DNA of 63,150 bases, the filler included, from Mobula hypostoma (taxonomy: Eukaryota): the NCBI RefSeq assembly GCF_963921235.1. It is 3 parts of 3 records of this genome, joined end to end, with 100 filler letters (N's around TTAATTAATTAA, not from the genome) between each part and the next. Parts side by side here need not be neighbours in the genome. Positions count along the whole stretch, not along the records: positions 1 to 29,763 come from NC_086106.1; 2 more parts are not named here. The stretch is one strand, 5' to 3'. Of this stretch, positions 1-13,129 are shown one piece after another. The first letter of the stretch is position 1. The number at the start of each line of letters is the position of its first letter. A model generated the notes under the pieces. It was not told where the DNA came from, did no database searches, and was given only the letters and a program-made list of their open reading frames with translations. A program made the translations under genes and the position numbers.

Positions 1-1690
1 AAAGCTGCCACAATAAAGCGGTGGGTGGTGTGGAGGGAGGACAGTCAGAAAATGATAGGTGAAGCCAGATGCGTAGGAAAGGACTGGAGAGGAAGGAATG
101 TGACAGGAGAGGAAACTGGACCATACGAGAAAGGGAAAGAGGAAAGGACCCAGGACGTGGTGGGTGATAGGCGAAAGAGAAGAGGTAAAAGCCATTAGTG
201 GGGGGATGCAAGAAGGGGGGGGGGTGTGGTTCGAACAGAAACGAAACTCAAAAACACCAGGAAACAAGAGTCACTAATGTTGCCGTTGCTTTTTTTCCCC
301 CACCTTCATCTGCAGAATCCCCTGAGTCTTTTTTTTCAGTACTGTAAGAGCCCCAATCCAGTGCAGGGTCCGGGAATCCTTCGGCTATCGTGGGGTGGTT
401 TCGGACAGGAAAGTCCTTTTTGCTTAAAATTTCTAAACATGGAAGAATCAATGGGATGATTTTCCCTAGGAATGGTTTCTATGTGAGGAAATAAATTGGA
501 ATGAAATTCCAATTGTATAACGATTGTAAATGAATTACCGAATCAGCTTCCAGGTAAAGCATTGGGAAGGAATCCCCACACGTGCCAGCTAATAATAGCT
601 CCGTCAGAAACTAGAATGAAAGGAAAGTGTGGTGTATTCGCGTTGATTTGCTGCACAATACTTCACCAAAATGACACTGTGTCCATCTATTCTATAATGA
701 TTCATATCGGGCGCAATGCTGATCATGCCACAGTCACAAAGTGCATTCAGCTCTTTAACATAAGTTAGTACCGCATGTCCCGGTAGTTTTAAATGTCAAT
801 GGAACGGAGCACATGCCTTTCTTCCCCTGACGTCGGCGATGACTTTCTACTAATTGGAGGAACCGGGCATCTCCTACCGTTGCCACATTTTTATCTAACA
901 TCTGTTATGCATTTGCCTTTTTATAGTCCAATGAAATATGACTTGTCCTCTTTTTTAGACGGTTCATTCCATCCATCACCATGCCAAGAAATATCTTTAT
1001 TTCTTATTAATATATTTTCTGAACTCTCATTCGTGATTCCATCAAAAAGCAAAATAAAAAAATAACTTCTGTCTGTCCTGTCCATACTCCACATAATTCG
1101 AACTAGACCTCGATTCAGTGGACTGTTGTCCAACACTACATATTTAGATCCTGAAGTCTTATCCCAGGAGCAATTCAGCTAACTCTCCCCTATACCGTCT
1201 GTAGTGCCATATTCAGGCGACAGGAACTTAGCACCGTGCTACAATGTAGGCTTTATTAATGTGTTTGCAAGTGTAAGCGTGACATCCTTCCTTTTATTTT
1301 AGAAATAAGCAGTAATACAATGGGAATCTTGGTATGATTCCTTCCTCGACCTGTCCTGCCACGCTCCATAACTTGCGTACTCAAACTCCTCCGCCCGCTT
1401 GTAAGAATATACAATCAATAGTTTCGGTTTTCAATCTTCCACGAAAATACAGCACCCTACATTTCACTACCTTGAACGGCATTGGCTATTTCGTCCGATG
1501 CAACAGCCTGCAAATATCTTGCTACAAGCGATTATTCTTCGATACTCGTTTCATAATGTTCCCGATTCTAGTTCTTGTGCGTGGAAAGAAATTGGTATTT
1601 TGTCCATTCAGAACATTACATTGCATGATTTAAAATGTTTTCTTAAGGTCCATCTTAAAAGACACCCTGAATGAACATTCACCGGATTCA

Positions 1691-2351
1691 TTAGAAACAT
1701 AGAAACATAGAAACATAGAAACATAGAAAATAGGTGCAGGAGTAGGCAATTTGTCCCTTCGAGTCTGCACCGCCATTCAGTATGATCATGTCTGATCATC
1801 CAACTCAGAACCCTGTACCTGCTTTCTCTCCATACCCCCGATCCCTTTAGTCACAAAGGCCATATCTAACTCCCTCTTAAATACGGCCAGAGAACTGGCC
1901 TCAACTGTTTCCTGTGGCAGAGAATTCCATAGATTCACCACTCTCTGTGTGAAGAAGTTTTTCCTCATCTCGGTCCTAAAAGGCTTCCCCTTTACTCCTT
2001 AAACTGTGACCCCTCGTTTTGGACTCCCCCAACATCGGGAACGATCTTCTTGCATCTAGCCTATCCAATCCCTTTAGAATTTTATACGTTTCAATAAGAT
2101 CCCCCCTCAATCTTCTAATTTCCAGCGAGTATAAGCCTAGTCGATCCAGTGTTTCTTCATATGAAAGTCCTACCATCCCAGGAATCAATCTGGTGAACCT
2201 TCTTTGTGTTCCCTCTATGGCAAGAATGTCTTTTCTCTATTAGGGGACCAAAACTGCACACAATACTCCAGGTGTGGTCTCACCAAGGCCTTGTACAACT
2301 GCAGTCGAACTTCCCTGCTCCTGTACTCGAATCCTCTTGCTATGAATGCCA
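1691..2351 (-). mobile_element. Young CR1-clade LINE, 5'-truncated 3' end
   Basis: Minus-strand ORF GLYSLEIRRLRGDLIETYKIL...RKNFFTQRVVNLWNSLPQ is the CR1 ORF2 C-terminus. The 3' tail is (AGAAACAT)4 at 1693-1724. Near-identical to the copies at 39457, 47050 and 58848. Confidence 0.93.
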
Positions 2352-2650
2352 ATCTGAACAAACCTTCTCACTGTGGGAGTTTGAAACTCTCTGCATAACT
2401 ATCAGTGCCGTGACCGTTCTTTCATTCCATCAAAAAGCATTTGATTTTTCCCCTTTTTCCAAATAACAAATAACAGCGTCGATGAATCATCAGAGATTTC
2501 CACTCCAAATATTCGACCCAGATCTTCCATATTTAACTCCTGATCCGCGCCCCCCCGCCCCCCCCGCCGAAGATTTGCAAACTCCAGAGAGTCGTTGGAA
2601 CATCGTTGAGATTTTACTCTGATAAAATTTACAGCACATCGTTGACCTAC

Positions 2651-2720
2651 CTGGGACTGCAAATGCCACAAAAATTGGGTAATAATAGTATTCGTATGGC
2701 AGGTGCTTATTCCAAGTCAT
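2651..2720 (-). CDS. Candidate coding exon 1 of a GPR139-like class A GPCR (partner exon not found)
   Basis: Encodes MTWNKHLPYEYYYYPIFVAFAVP plus 1 nt, followed by GTAGGT (phase-1 donor). YYP-x6-VP resembles the TM1 start of the two-exon elasmobranch GPR139-like family. TATAAA at 2808-2803; A at -3 of the ATG. Confidence 0.6.
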
Positions 2721-3289
2721 TTTATATTGAGGTGACCACAATGTGCCGGCATACAAAGTGTACTGCGTTGTTTTACGAATTGGACACTTATGGCTGTGTA
2801 TATTTATATTGTAAGTAAAAACGATTGAGCAATAACAGGTCATCCCACTGCGAATTACTATTCCAAACAAATGTTAAGTAATCATTTTAATTATTACGAC
2901 CGCTCCTTACACAAACAACAGTTGGGAACAAGCGAAAAGTACAGCTCGAAAATTGTATTTTAATTTCCGTTTCAGATTCTTGGCGTGCACGGACCTGTCG
3001 TGGAAATATGAACATCTAGACCAATTGAACTGGTGCAATGTGTCTCTGACCTCTTGTACCCCAGTGTGCTAGCACAAATCAAACTCCTTTCCTGTGCAAT
3101 CACTTTCCATATTATTACCAAAACACCAAAAGTAAAGAAGCGGACTTATTGCAGTGACTGAGCTTGTGTAAATGTAGGGAAGCTGCATTTGGGGTAGAAT
3201 CCGATATGATAATAATAGAATCAAAATCAGAGTCAGCTTTAATGTATCGAGAAATCTGACGTTTTGCCGCAGCATCACATTGCAATACA

Positions 3290-3720
3290 TATGAATAAAA
3301 AACTATAAATTTGTGTTGAGGTTTATATAAATATGAAAAAATAACGAATTAAGTAGTGCAGAAAGAGAGGGTAAATAAAGGAGTAGTGTTCCTAGGGACA
3401 TTGTTAATTCGGAAATCTTACCGCGGATGACAGAAGATGTTCCTGAATAGTTGACCGTGCGTCTTCAGGCTCCTATCCCTCTTCCTTGATGGTAGCAATG
3501 CGAAGTGGACAGGACAAGGGCGATTGGAGTTCTTAATGATGAGTGTCGCCTTTTAGAAGCATCGGCGTTTCAAAGTGTACTGGATATTGGGCTGTCTATT
3601 GGCCATGACTGAACTGGCAGAGTTTACAACTTTCTGCAAAATTTTTCGTTGCTGTGCATTGGCCCCTCCATAACAGACAATAATAAAGGCAGTTAGCAGG
3701 CTCTCCACGAAATAGCGTAT
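3290..3720 (-). mobile_element. Degraded Rex1/Babar-like LINE 3' fragment
   Basis: Diverged match to the motif ttcaggctcctatccctcttccttgatggtagcaat, also seen at ~7300 and ~17330; no intact ORF. Confidence 0.45.
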
Positions 3721-3774
3721 ATCTCATCTCCTATCAGGAATATGTCATCTCACTGTTCACAGAAGGGTGTAGGT

Positions 3775-4335
3775 AAAAGAGGGGTAACTATAGGTCAATT
3801 AGTTTAACATCTGTAGTCGGATAAATGTTTGACGCTATTATTAAAGAAGAAATAGTGACGTGCCTGCAAAGAAATGGATCCATCACACTGACGCAGCATG
3901 GATTCAGCAAAGGCAGGTCCTCTTTGACAAACGTACTGGCGTTCTTTGGGGCTATATCGAGTGCGATGGATAGAGGGGAACAGATGGACGTTATTTTCTT
4001 AGATTTCCAGAAGGCATTCCAAAAGGTACCGCATAAAAGATTTATCCATAAGATAAGAATGCACGGAAGAGGGGTGATGTATTAGCATGGATAGAGGATC
4101 ATTTAACTAATAGAAAGTAAAGAGCTGGGACACCTGGGTTCCATTCTAGTTGGCAATCAGTGGTGCGCGGTGTGCCGCAGGAGTCGGTGCTGGGCCTGGA
4201 ACTTTTACGATATATAATAACGATGTGCAAGGGGGTACCAAGTGTAGTGAATCTAAGTTTGCTGATGATACTAAATTGAGTGGAAATGCAAATGTTGCAG
4301 AACATACGGAGTGTCTGCAGAGAGATCTAGACGAT
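3775..4335 (+). mobile_element. Old CR1 LINE RT fragment (5' half of a split copy)
   Basis: Translates to NYRSISLTSVVG, QHGFSKGRSSLTN, DVIFLDFQKAFQKVPH and KFADDTKL; continues after the insertion at 4993. Confidence 0.9.
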
Positions 4336-4339
4336 ATAG

Positions 4340-4993
4340 AGAGATATAGAGCTAGGAAGGGAGGAGAAGATGGCGGCCGTTCCGAGTGAATATCGATATT
4401 TGTAACCAGGGGGCCATGATTCAGCCCGAATTTGATGGGGACAGCAGTGTGAAAGCGCAGAGGAACATCTGGTGAAACTCCTGAAATGCCTGCTTCGCTG
4501 CCGCTGCGACTGTGCGATCTAGAATATCTGGAGATGAAGGCCCCAAATCCTCGGTTTTGCGTATCGCCTGTTGCCGGGGCCGGGGTCGAAACGCTCGGCA
4601 GAGATGGTGCTCGCTGCTTGGTGTCGAATACGTGGTCGGAGGCTCGGAGTTTTTCGGACGGACTCGGAGTTGGACTGTGGTCGGATGCTTCCGGGATGCT
4701 GCATCGGCAAGTTGGCGGCGCTGGAGGTTTACCGTCTGCGTGAGATGATGGGACTTTCGAGTGACTCTGAGACTTTTACTGTGCATTGGTCTGCTCTTAT
4801 CAAATTACGGTATTGCTTTGCACTATTGTAACTATATGTTATAATTATGCGGTTTTTGTTAGTTTTTAAGTTGGTTTGTCAAATATTTTCGTGATGTCAT
4901 TCTGGAAAATCATTTTTATCATTTCTTAATGCATGCATTATTAAATGACAATAAAGGGGGACAGCGTGTCCTCATAATCATAATCATAATCAT
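4340..4993 (+). mobile_element. Non-autonomous retroposon-like insertion nested in a CR1
   Basis: Interrupts the CR1 frame between QRDLD and xLNE. AAGATGGCGGC head (4367-4377), GC-rich body, AATAAA at 4950 and (CATAAT)n tail at 4973-4993. Confidence 0.65.
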
Positions 4994-5830
4994 TGATGGG
5001 TTAAATGAGTAGGCAAGGGTCTGGCATCTGGAATATTGTGTTGGTAAATGCGAGATCATCAACTTTGAAAGAAAAGAATTCGAAGAGCAGATTATTATTT
5101 AAATGTTAAAAGATTGCAGCATAGTGCAGCGCAGAGGGATCTGGGAGTACTTGTCCACGAATCACAAAAGGCGGGCTTACAAGTGCAGCAGGCTATCAAG
5201 AAGGCAAACGGGATATTGGCCTTAATTGCTGGAGGGATTGAATTTAAGAGCAGGGAGGTTATTCTGCAAAAGTTTCGGGTACTGGTGAGGCCGCACCTGG
5301 AGTACTGCATGCAGTTCTGGTCTCGTTACTTGAAGAAGGTTGTACTGGCTTTGGAGGCAGTGCAGAATAGGTTCACCACATTGATTCCAGAGATGAGGGG
5401 GTTAGGTCTTGAGGACATATTGAGTTGCCTGGGACTGTACGCGCTGGAATTCAGAACAATGAGAGGAGATCTCATATAAACATATAACATTATGAAAAGG
5501 ATATCTAAGAAAGTTGTTTCCACTGAAGTGTGAAACTGGAACTAGGGGACATATCCTCAGTATTCGGGGGAGTAGATTTAGGACGGTGATCAGAAGGAGC
5601 TGCTTTTGCTAGAGGATGTTGAATCTGGGAATTCTCTGCCCACTGAAGCAGTGGAGGCTACCTCAGTAGGTATATTTAAGACAAGGCCGGATAGATGTTT
5701 GATTAGTTGCGAAATTAAAGGTTATAGGAAAATGACAAGTAGGTGGAGATGAGTCAATGGCGAGATCAGCCATGATTTTATTCAATGGCGGAACAGGCTC
5801 CAGGGGCTAGATGGCCTACTCCTGCTCCAA
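4994..5830 (+). mobile_element. Old CR1 LINE (3' half of the split copy)
   Basis: Translates to QRDLGVLVHESQK...[14 protein letters not shown]...GLYALEFRTMRGDL, followed by the CR1 3' UTR. Confidence 0.9.
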
Positions 5831-7104
5831 TTGCTTATGTTCTTATATTCATCGCTTTTCATAATCCTTTCAGTTTATGTTACCTATGGAGCGATCCCTA
5901 CTGCCAGTTCAAACGTTAAAGTCCCGACCGTGGGCAGAGCAAATGTTTTGAGTGCTAGTATGAGATCTTGCTGTGGCGAGATTGTTTTCTAGGGAAAGGG
6001 CGTCTGCGAAGTGGAAGGTCATTAAAGGCGTGATGTGAAGAATTCAGGACCTGCAATCTCCTGCTGACTGAATGACTAGGCTCGTGGGTTCAAGAATAGG
6101 AGTTTCACGAACAACATTGGTTCGTGGTTAAAATACATATTCTATACCGTGCATATTCAGTTAGTAACTAGTGAATCCCTTGATGACCAGGAGCGCACGT
6201 GAGGCATAAGTAGGGGAGAAACAAGTGAACATTGGACATTCCTTTCATGCGAGGTGAAGCAAAATCAATAGAGATTCTAAGCTAAATGCAGAGTAAAACG
6301 GAGGCAAAGAAGAAGTTTCTCCTCATCAGCATGGCTGCCTGTATCTGGAATAAAATGGGTGAAACTTTTCATGAATATTTAGCTTCAGATTTTACAAAGG
6401 AATGGACCAAATAAGCGTTACTTTCTTGGAAGATATTTTTGTTTCATCCGTGGCCGCAGAAAACGTTCAGGAGGACTGGTGAATGGCTAACGCGGGTGCC
6501 ATTCTTGAAAAAGTAAGAACGTGAAAACAAGCTCGGGGCGACATGTCGGGAAGCATGATTTCTGCTGAAGGCTGTAAATCTTCTGTGTAATGTTCAGATC
6601 TATCACCATTCAGAGCGTTGGGGTCCACTTCGGGACCGTTTACACGGTTTTATGCGTGGGAAATTATGATTGACCAAACTATTGGAGTCATCAAGGGAAT
6701 AAATTAATGCATGACCGTAGATGTTACCTGGATGAACTTCCCCATTTCTGTCCTGATGAGAAGATTAGATTTCATGGAATCAAGGGGCTGATGGAGGGTT
6801 GGATCCTAATTAGCATATTTGTAGAAAACAGTGGAGAATGGAAGAGATCTTCTTCACAAACACAAATGCTCTGTCTACTGGTGAGCCATTAGTCGGCGCT
6901 GGAACATACATTGTTTGTAATTTAGAGAAATAATTTGGATGCAGAAGGAGTTCATTATTTTCTTATATATGTCTGTTAAAACGAATCGCAAGCTGATAAG
7001 AGTTGACATATTATACACATTGATAATAAAATTACTTGAAATGTTAACATTTTGTTAAAGCTACATTCAGCCATTTAAAGTTGGACTTCCTCACAGAGAC
7101 AAAA

Positions 7105-7400
7105 GCAAGTGAATAATAATAGTAAATAATTAAGCAATAAGCACCGAGAACATGAGATGACGTGTCCTTGAAAGTGAGTCCATAGGTTGTTAGAACATTT
7201 CAATGATGTGGGAAAGGAAGCTTTGTGAGGTATTCGCCTTTGTTGCAAGAGCCAGATTACTGAGAGGTAATAATTTTTTTCCGAACGGGTGTGAGTTCTG
7301 AAGCTCCTGTACTTTCACCTCGAAGGCATCAGCGAGTGGAGAGCATGCGCTAGGTTGTGGGGGTCCCTGATGACCGATATTACTGCGGTAATGAGTCCGT
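7105..7400 (-). mobile_element. Rex1/Babar-like LINE 3' end, degraded
   Basis: Reverse complement resembles the plus-strand tails at 12585-13005 and 26090-26560. Confidence 0.45.
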
Positions 7401-7469
7401 CCGTCGGTGGAGAGCCGGACAGTGTTGGACAGCAAGCTTTCTGGAGCACCTGAATTAGTTAATTGTTGT

Positions 7470-10430
7470 TTAACGATGTTAAAAGTTCAAGCAAATCCAC
7501 TAATAGAAAGGTTGTGAGTGGTGGTAAAAATCTTCTGAGGTGTATATATTTCAATGCCAGGAGTATTGCGGGGAAGGCAGATGAGTTGAGGGCGTGGATT
7601 GACACGTGAAATTATGACGTTGTAGCAATTAGTGAAACTTGGCTACAGGAGGGGCAGGACTGGCAGCTTAATATTCCAAGGTTCCGATGTTTCAGATGTG
7701 ATCGAGGCAGAGGAATGAAAGGTGGGGGAGTAGCATTGCTTGTTAGGGAAAATATTACAGCAGTGCTCAGGCAGGACAGATTAGACGGCTTGTCTACTGA
7801 GTCCTTGTGGGTGGAGCTGAGTGAACAGGAAAGGTATGGCCACATTAGTGGGATTGTATTACAGACCACCTAATAGTCAAAGAGAATTGGAAGTGCAAAT
7901 CTGCAGAGAGATAGCAGGCAACTGCAGGAAACATAAAGTTGTGGTGGTAGGGAATTTTAATTTTGCATGTATTGATTGGGTCTCCCATACTGTTAGGGGT
8001 CTAGATGGTTTAGAGTTTGTTAAAAGTGTTCAGGAAAGTTTTCTAAATCAATATATAGAGGGACCAACTAAGGGGATGCAATATTGGATCTCCTGTTAGG
8101 AAACGAGTTAGGGCAAGTGACAGAAGTCTGCGTAGGGGAGCATTTTGGTTCCAGTGATCATAACACCATTAGTTTCAACTTGATCATGGACAAGGATAGA
8201 TCTGGTCCGAGGGTTGAGGTTCTTAACTGGAAGAAGGTTACATTTGAAGAAATGAGAAAGGATCTAAAAAGCGTGGATTGGGACAGGTTATTCTCTGGCA
8301 TGGATGTGATCGGTAGTTGCGAAGCCTTCAAAGCAGAAATTTTGAGAGTGCAGAATTTGTATGTTCCTGTCAGGATTAAAGGCAAGGTAAATAGGAATAA
8401 GGAACCTTGGTTCTCAAGGGATATTGCAACTCTGATAAAGAAGAAGAGGGAGTTGTATGAAATGTATAGGAAACAGGGGGTAAATCAGGTGCTTGAGGAG
8501 TATAAGAAGTGCAATAAAATACTTAAGAAAGAAATCAGGAGGGCAAAAAGAAGACATGAGGTTGTCTTGGCAGCAAAGTGAAGGATAATCCAAAGAGCTT
8601 TTACAGGTATATTAAGAGCAAAAGGATTGTAAGGGATAAAATTGGTCCTGTTGAAAATCAGAGTGCTCGGCTATGTGCGGAACCAAAGGAAATGGGGGAG
8701 ATCTTAAATAGGTTTTTTGCGTCTGTTTTTACTAAGGAAACTGGCATGAGGTCTATGGAATTAAGGGAAACAAGTAGTGAGATCATGGAAATTGTACAGA
8801 TCGAAAAGGAGGAGGTCCTTGCTGTCTTGAGGAAAATTAAAGTGGATAAATCCCCGGGACCTGACAGGGTGTTCCCTCGGACCTTGAAGGAGACTAGTGC
8901 TGAAATTTCAGGGGCCCTGGCTGAAATATTTAAAATGTCGCTGTCTACAGGCGAGGTGCCGGAGGATTGGAGACTGCCTCATGTTGTTCCGTTGTTTAAA
9001 AAAGGATCGAAAATTAATCCGGGAAATTATAGGCCAGTAAGTTTAACGTCGGTAGTAGGTAAATTATTGGAGGGAGTACTAAAAGACAGAATCTACAAGC
9101 ATTTGGATCGGCTGGGACTTATTAGGGAGAGTCAACATGGCTTTTGCGTGGTAGGTCATGTTTGACCAATCTATTGGAGTTTTTCGAGGAGGTTACCAGG
9201 AAAGTGGATGAAGGGAAGGCAGTGTATATTGTCTACATGGAATTCAGTAAGACCTTTGACAAGGTCCCGCATGGAAGGTTAGTTAGGAAAATTCAGTCGC
9301 TACGTATACATAGAGAGGTGGTAAATTGGATTAGACATTGGCTCGATGGAAGAAGCCAGAGAGTGGTTGTAGAGAATTGTTTCTCTGAGTGGAGGCCTGT
9401 GACTAGTGGTGTGCAACAGGGATCAGTGCTGGGTCCATTGTTATTTGTCATCTATATCAATGATCTGGATGATAATGTGGTAAATTGGATCAGCAAGTTT
9501 GCTGATGATACAAAGATTGGAGGTGTAGTAGACAGTGAGGAAGGTTTTCAGAGCCTGCAGAAGGACTTGGACCAGCTGGAAAAATGGGCTAAAAATTACA
9601 GGTGGAGTTTAATACTGACAAGCGTGAGGTATTGCACGTTGGAAGGACAAACCAACGTAGAACATACAGGGTTAATGGTAAGGCACTGAGGAGTGCAGTG
9701 GAACAGAGGGATCTGGGAATACAGATACAAAATTCCATAAAAGTGGCGTCACAGGTAGATAGGGTCGTAAAGAGAGCTTTTGGTACATTGGCCTTTATTA
9801 ATCAAAGTATTGAGTATAAGAGCTGGAATGTTATGATGAGGTTGTAAAAGGCATTGGTGAGGCCGAATCTGGAGTATTGAGTTCAGTTTTGGTCACCAAA
9901 TTACAGGAAGGATATAAATAAGGTTGAAAGAGTGCAGAGAAGGTTTACAAGGATGTTGTCGGGACTTGAGAAACTCAGTTACAGAGAAAGATTGAATAGG
10001 GTAGGAATTTATTCCCTGGAGCGTAGAAGAATTAGGGGAGATTTGATAGAGGTATATAAAATTATGATGGGTATAGAGAGAGTGAATGCAAGCAGGCTTT
10101 TTCCACTGAGGAAAGGGGAGAAAAAAACAGAGGACATGGGTTAAGGGTGAGGGAAGAAAAGCTTAAAGGGAACATTGGGCGGGGGGTGGGGGCTTCTTCA
10201 CACAGAGAGTGGTGGGAGTATGGAATGAGCTGCCATACGAGGTGGTAAATGTGGGTTCTTTTTTAACATTTAAGAATGAATTGGACAGATACATGGATGG
10301 GTGGTGTATGGAGGGATATGGTCCGTGTGCAGGTCAGTGGGATTAGGCAGAAAATGGTTCGGCACAGCCAAGAAGGGCCAAAAGACCTGTTTCTGTGCTG
10401 TAGTTTCTATGGTTTCTATGGTTTCTATGG
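7470..10430 (+). mobile_element. CR1 LINE with near-complete but disabled ORF2 (APE endonuclease + RT)
   Basis: APE motifs CIYFNARSI, YDVVAISETWL, VVVGNFN, SSDHN. RT motifs KSPGPD, NYRPVSLTSVVGK, QHGF, QGSVLGPLLF, KFADDTK. Multiple stops and frameshifts; (TTTCTATGG)3 tail at 10404-10430. Confidence 0.95.
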
Positions 10431-10529
10431 AAAGTGGTTACACGCCGGAGCCTTGTTAATTTTATTTTTAGATGTTGATACCCAAGATGTTGAAACTTCT
10501 CACTCTCTCCACTGCTATTCCCTCGATGA

Positions 10530-10935
10530 AGACTAGTGTGTTTACCCTCGAATTCCCCTTCCCGAAATTCACAATCAATTGCCTGGTCTTACTGACGAAG
10601 AGTACAAGGTTGCTGTTTCCACACCACTCAACCAGGTGATATATCTCATTCCTGTAGCCTCCTCATCACCATCTGAAATTCTGCCAACGATAGTTGTGTC
10701 ATCGGCAAAATATATTCATTAGGTTTGAGCTGTGCCTAGCTTAGCAGTCGTTGGTGTATAGAAAGTAGAGCTTTCTTGAGGTGCGCCGGTGTTGTTTGTC
10801 AGCAAAGAGGATGTTATTTTCGAACTGCAGTGACTGTGGTCTTTCGATGAGGAAGTCAAGGATCCAGTTGCAGATGGATACACAGAGGGCCGGGTTTTGG
10901 GCTTGATGACGTTGTAAATGGGTCAAGGACTGGCA
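10530..10935 (-). mobile_element. Rex1/Babar-like LINE RT fragment
   Basis: Minus-strand LCVSICNWILDFLIERPQSLQFENNI and downstream ADDTTIVGRIS are typical of Rex/Babar RT. Confidence 0.75.
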
Positions 10936-10936
10936 T

Positions 10937-12190
10937 ATGCAGATTAATTTGTTTAGGCCTGATGTGTTATATTTTGGTAAGCCAAATGAGGACTGGACTC
11001 ATACAGTGAACAGTAGGGAGCATTATAGAACCGAGGGACGTTGGAGTACAACCATACGCTTCCCTGGAAGTGATGTTGCAGATACTCAGGGTGGTGAGGA
11101 AGGCTTTTGGCACAATAACCTCCTTCGGAGCAGTTTTACGAGAATCATTCTTAGAATAAATGAGGATTGATTGAAGGATTTGGGACTGTATTCACTGGAA
11201 TTCAGACGAAAGAGTGAGGATCTAATTTAAATTTATTAAATGGTAAAAGGCCTCGGTGGAGTAGATTTGGAGAGGATGTTTCCTGTGGTGGGGGAGTCTA
11301 GGACCAGAGAACGCAGCCTCGGATTTTGGGCACATCTATTTACACTGGAGATGAGGGGGATGTCTTTAGCCAGAGAGCGGTATATCTGTAGAATTCGTTG
11401 CCACAGGCAGCTGTGGAGACTGGGTTTATTTAAGGCTCAAATTAATAGGTTTTTGATTAGACAGGTTATGAAGGGTTACGGGAAGAAGGCGGGAGATTGT
11501 AGCTGAGAGAGAAGTAGGTTAGCCATGGTGAAATGGCGGAGCTGTTTCGATGACTAATTGCCTTAATTCTGCTCCTATCTTATAGGCTTATTAGTCAGGC
11601 TATTAAGTAAAGCCTAAGAAGTCATGGAGCATTGTACAAGACATTGCTGAGGCCGTAGGGAGTATTGTATACAGATCGTATCGCCCTGATATTGGTAAGA
11701 TATTATTAAACTGGAAAGAGTGTTTCCAGTGAAAGGATGTTGCCAGTACTCGAGGAGCTCTGTTGTACAGATATGTTTGACAGACTCTGACTTGATTCCT
11801 TGGAGACTAGGGGACTACAAAATGACCGAATATCGATGTATAAGAATATGAGGGCCACAGATAGGATGAATACATTCAACGTTTTCCCCAGGGATGGGGA
11901 ATCAAGAGGGCACGGGTTTAAAGTAACAGGGGAAAAGCTTAATAAGGACTTGACCGGACACTTTTCTTTTTCTCATGGGGTGGTATCTCTGTGGTCTGCA
12001 CTGCCAGAGGAAGTGGTTGAGACGTGTGTATTAACAAATTTAAAACACATTTGGATGGGTATATAAGAAATGTTTAGAGGGATATGGGAAATACCAGCAA
12101 ATGAGAGTGGGGTGGATGGGTACATTGGTCAGAATGAAGCATTGGGCTGAAAGGCCTATTCTCATGGTGTATGACTCTGTGACTCTAAAT
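10937..12190 (+). mobile_element. Two tandem degraded CR1 3' fragments
   Basis: GLYSLEFRR and LERMFPVVGESRTR motifs plus a 3' UTR occur twice (~10937-11590 and ~11590-12190). Confidence 0.75.
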
Positions 12191-12584
12191 CTGGCATCAG
12201 AATGATACATTGTGTTTATATCTCATCAGTTAGACAGAACTGGCGCTGATGTCACCTTGAACGTTGAAGTCCAATAATCTTCGACATTCCCAACTTGGGG
12301 GGAGGCGTATCAGAAGTTTTTTTTTCCCAGAGAGAATATACAGGCCCTTCGTTGTGCCAACTATGATGCCAAATTAACGTAAATCTGTTCTGATTGTACA
12401 TGATCCATGTCCCACCATTCTCTGCCGTCATTCATCTGTCCTTTCAAGATATGATTACACTGAGGCATTGATTTGGGTGGAGTAGCTGTTCAAACAATGA
12501 GAGGGATATCATCTTACAGATACTTCATCAGGAACACTTTGTTTGGAGTTTGGGAAAATTTGGTATGTCACCAATGAATAGCTA

Positions 12585-13005
12585 ACTTGTACAAGGCATA
12601 CAGTGGCGAGCATTCTGACTGCTTGTATACCACATGGTATGGAGCCTCCAATGCACAGGATCAAAAGGGGATGAAAAGTGTTGTAGATTCAGCCAGTTTC
12701 AACATGGGCACTAGCTTCCCCACCATTGAGGACATTTTCAAATGGCTTGCCTCAAGAAGACGGCATACATCATTAAGGACCCTCATCATCCAGGACATGC
12801 CCTCTTGTCATTACTACCATCCTGGAGAAGGAACAAGAGGCTGAAGACACGCATACAGTGTTTTGAGAACAGATCTTTCTCTCCTCCATCAGATTCTGAA
12901 TAGCGCATAGCCTCGGTATTCCTCTTTTGCTCTTTTGTAACAGTATTTATTGACATACTTATTAATTGTCGTAGTGTTCCAGGTCTTGCTACAAATTTCA
13001 CATCT
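12585..13005 (+). mobile_element. Rex1/Babar-like LINE 3' end
   Basis: TTWYGASNAQDQKGMKSVVDSASFNMGTSFPTIEDIF matches the Rex/Babar C-terminal pattern (WYG.C...D.K.LQRVV..A..I....LP.I..IY). Confidence 0.75.
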
Positions 13006-13129
13006 CACGTAGTCCCGGAAAGCGGGAAGACCAGGGAAGGCTTATTGGTTTGTTCCTGCCCTTCCGCTCGCCACCTTCCCCCACCTGGCCCCACCATCCT
13101 TATAACCACACCCCACACAACAATCACAG

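Noticed and set aside
248-451. Possible remnant of the missing GPCR exon 2 (YSTEKK..ATLVTLVSWCF)
   Set aside because: Similarity is limited to a few residues; the sequence after the candidate acceptor does not match the family exon-2 start.
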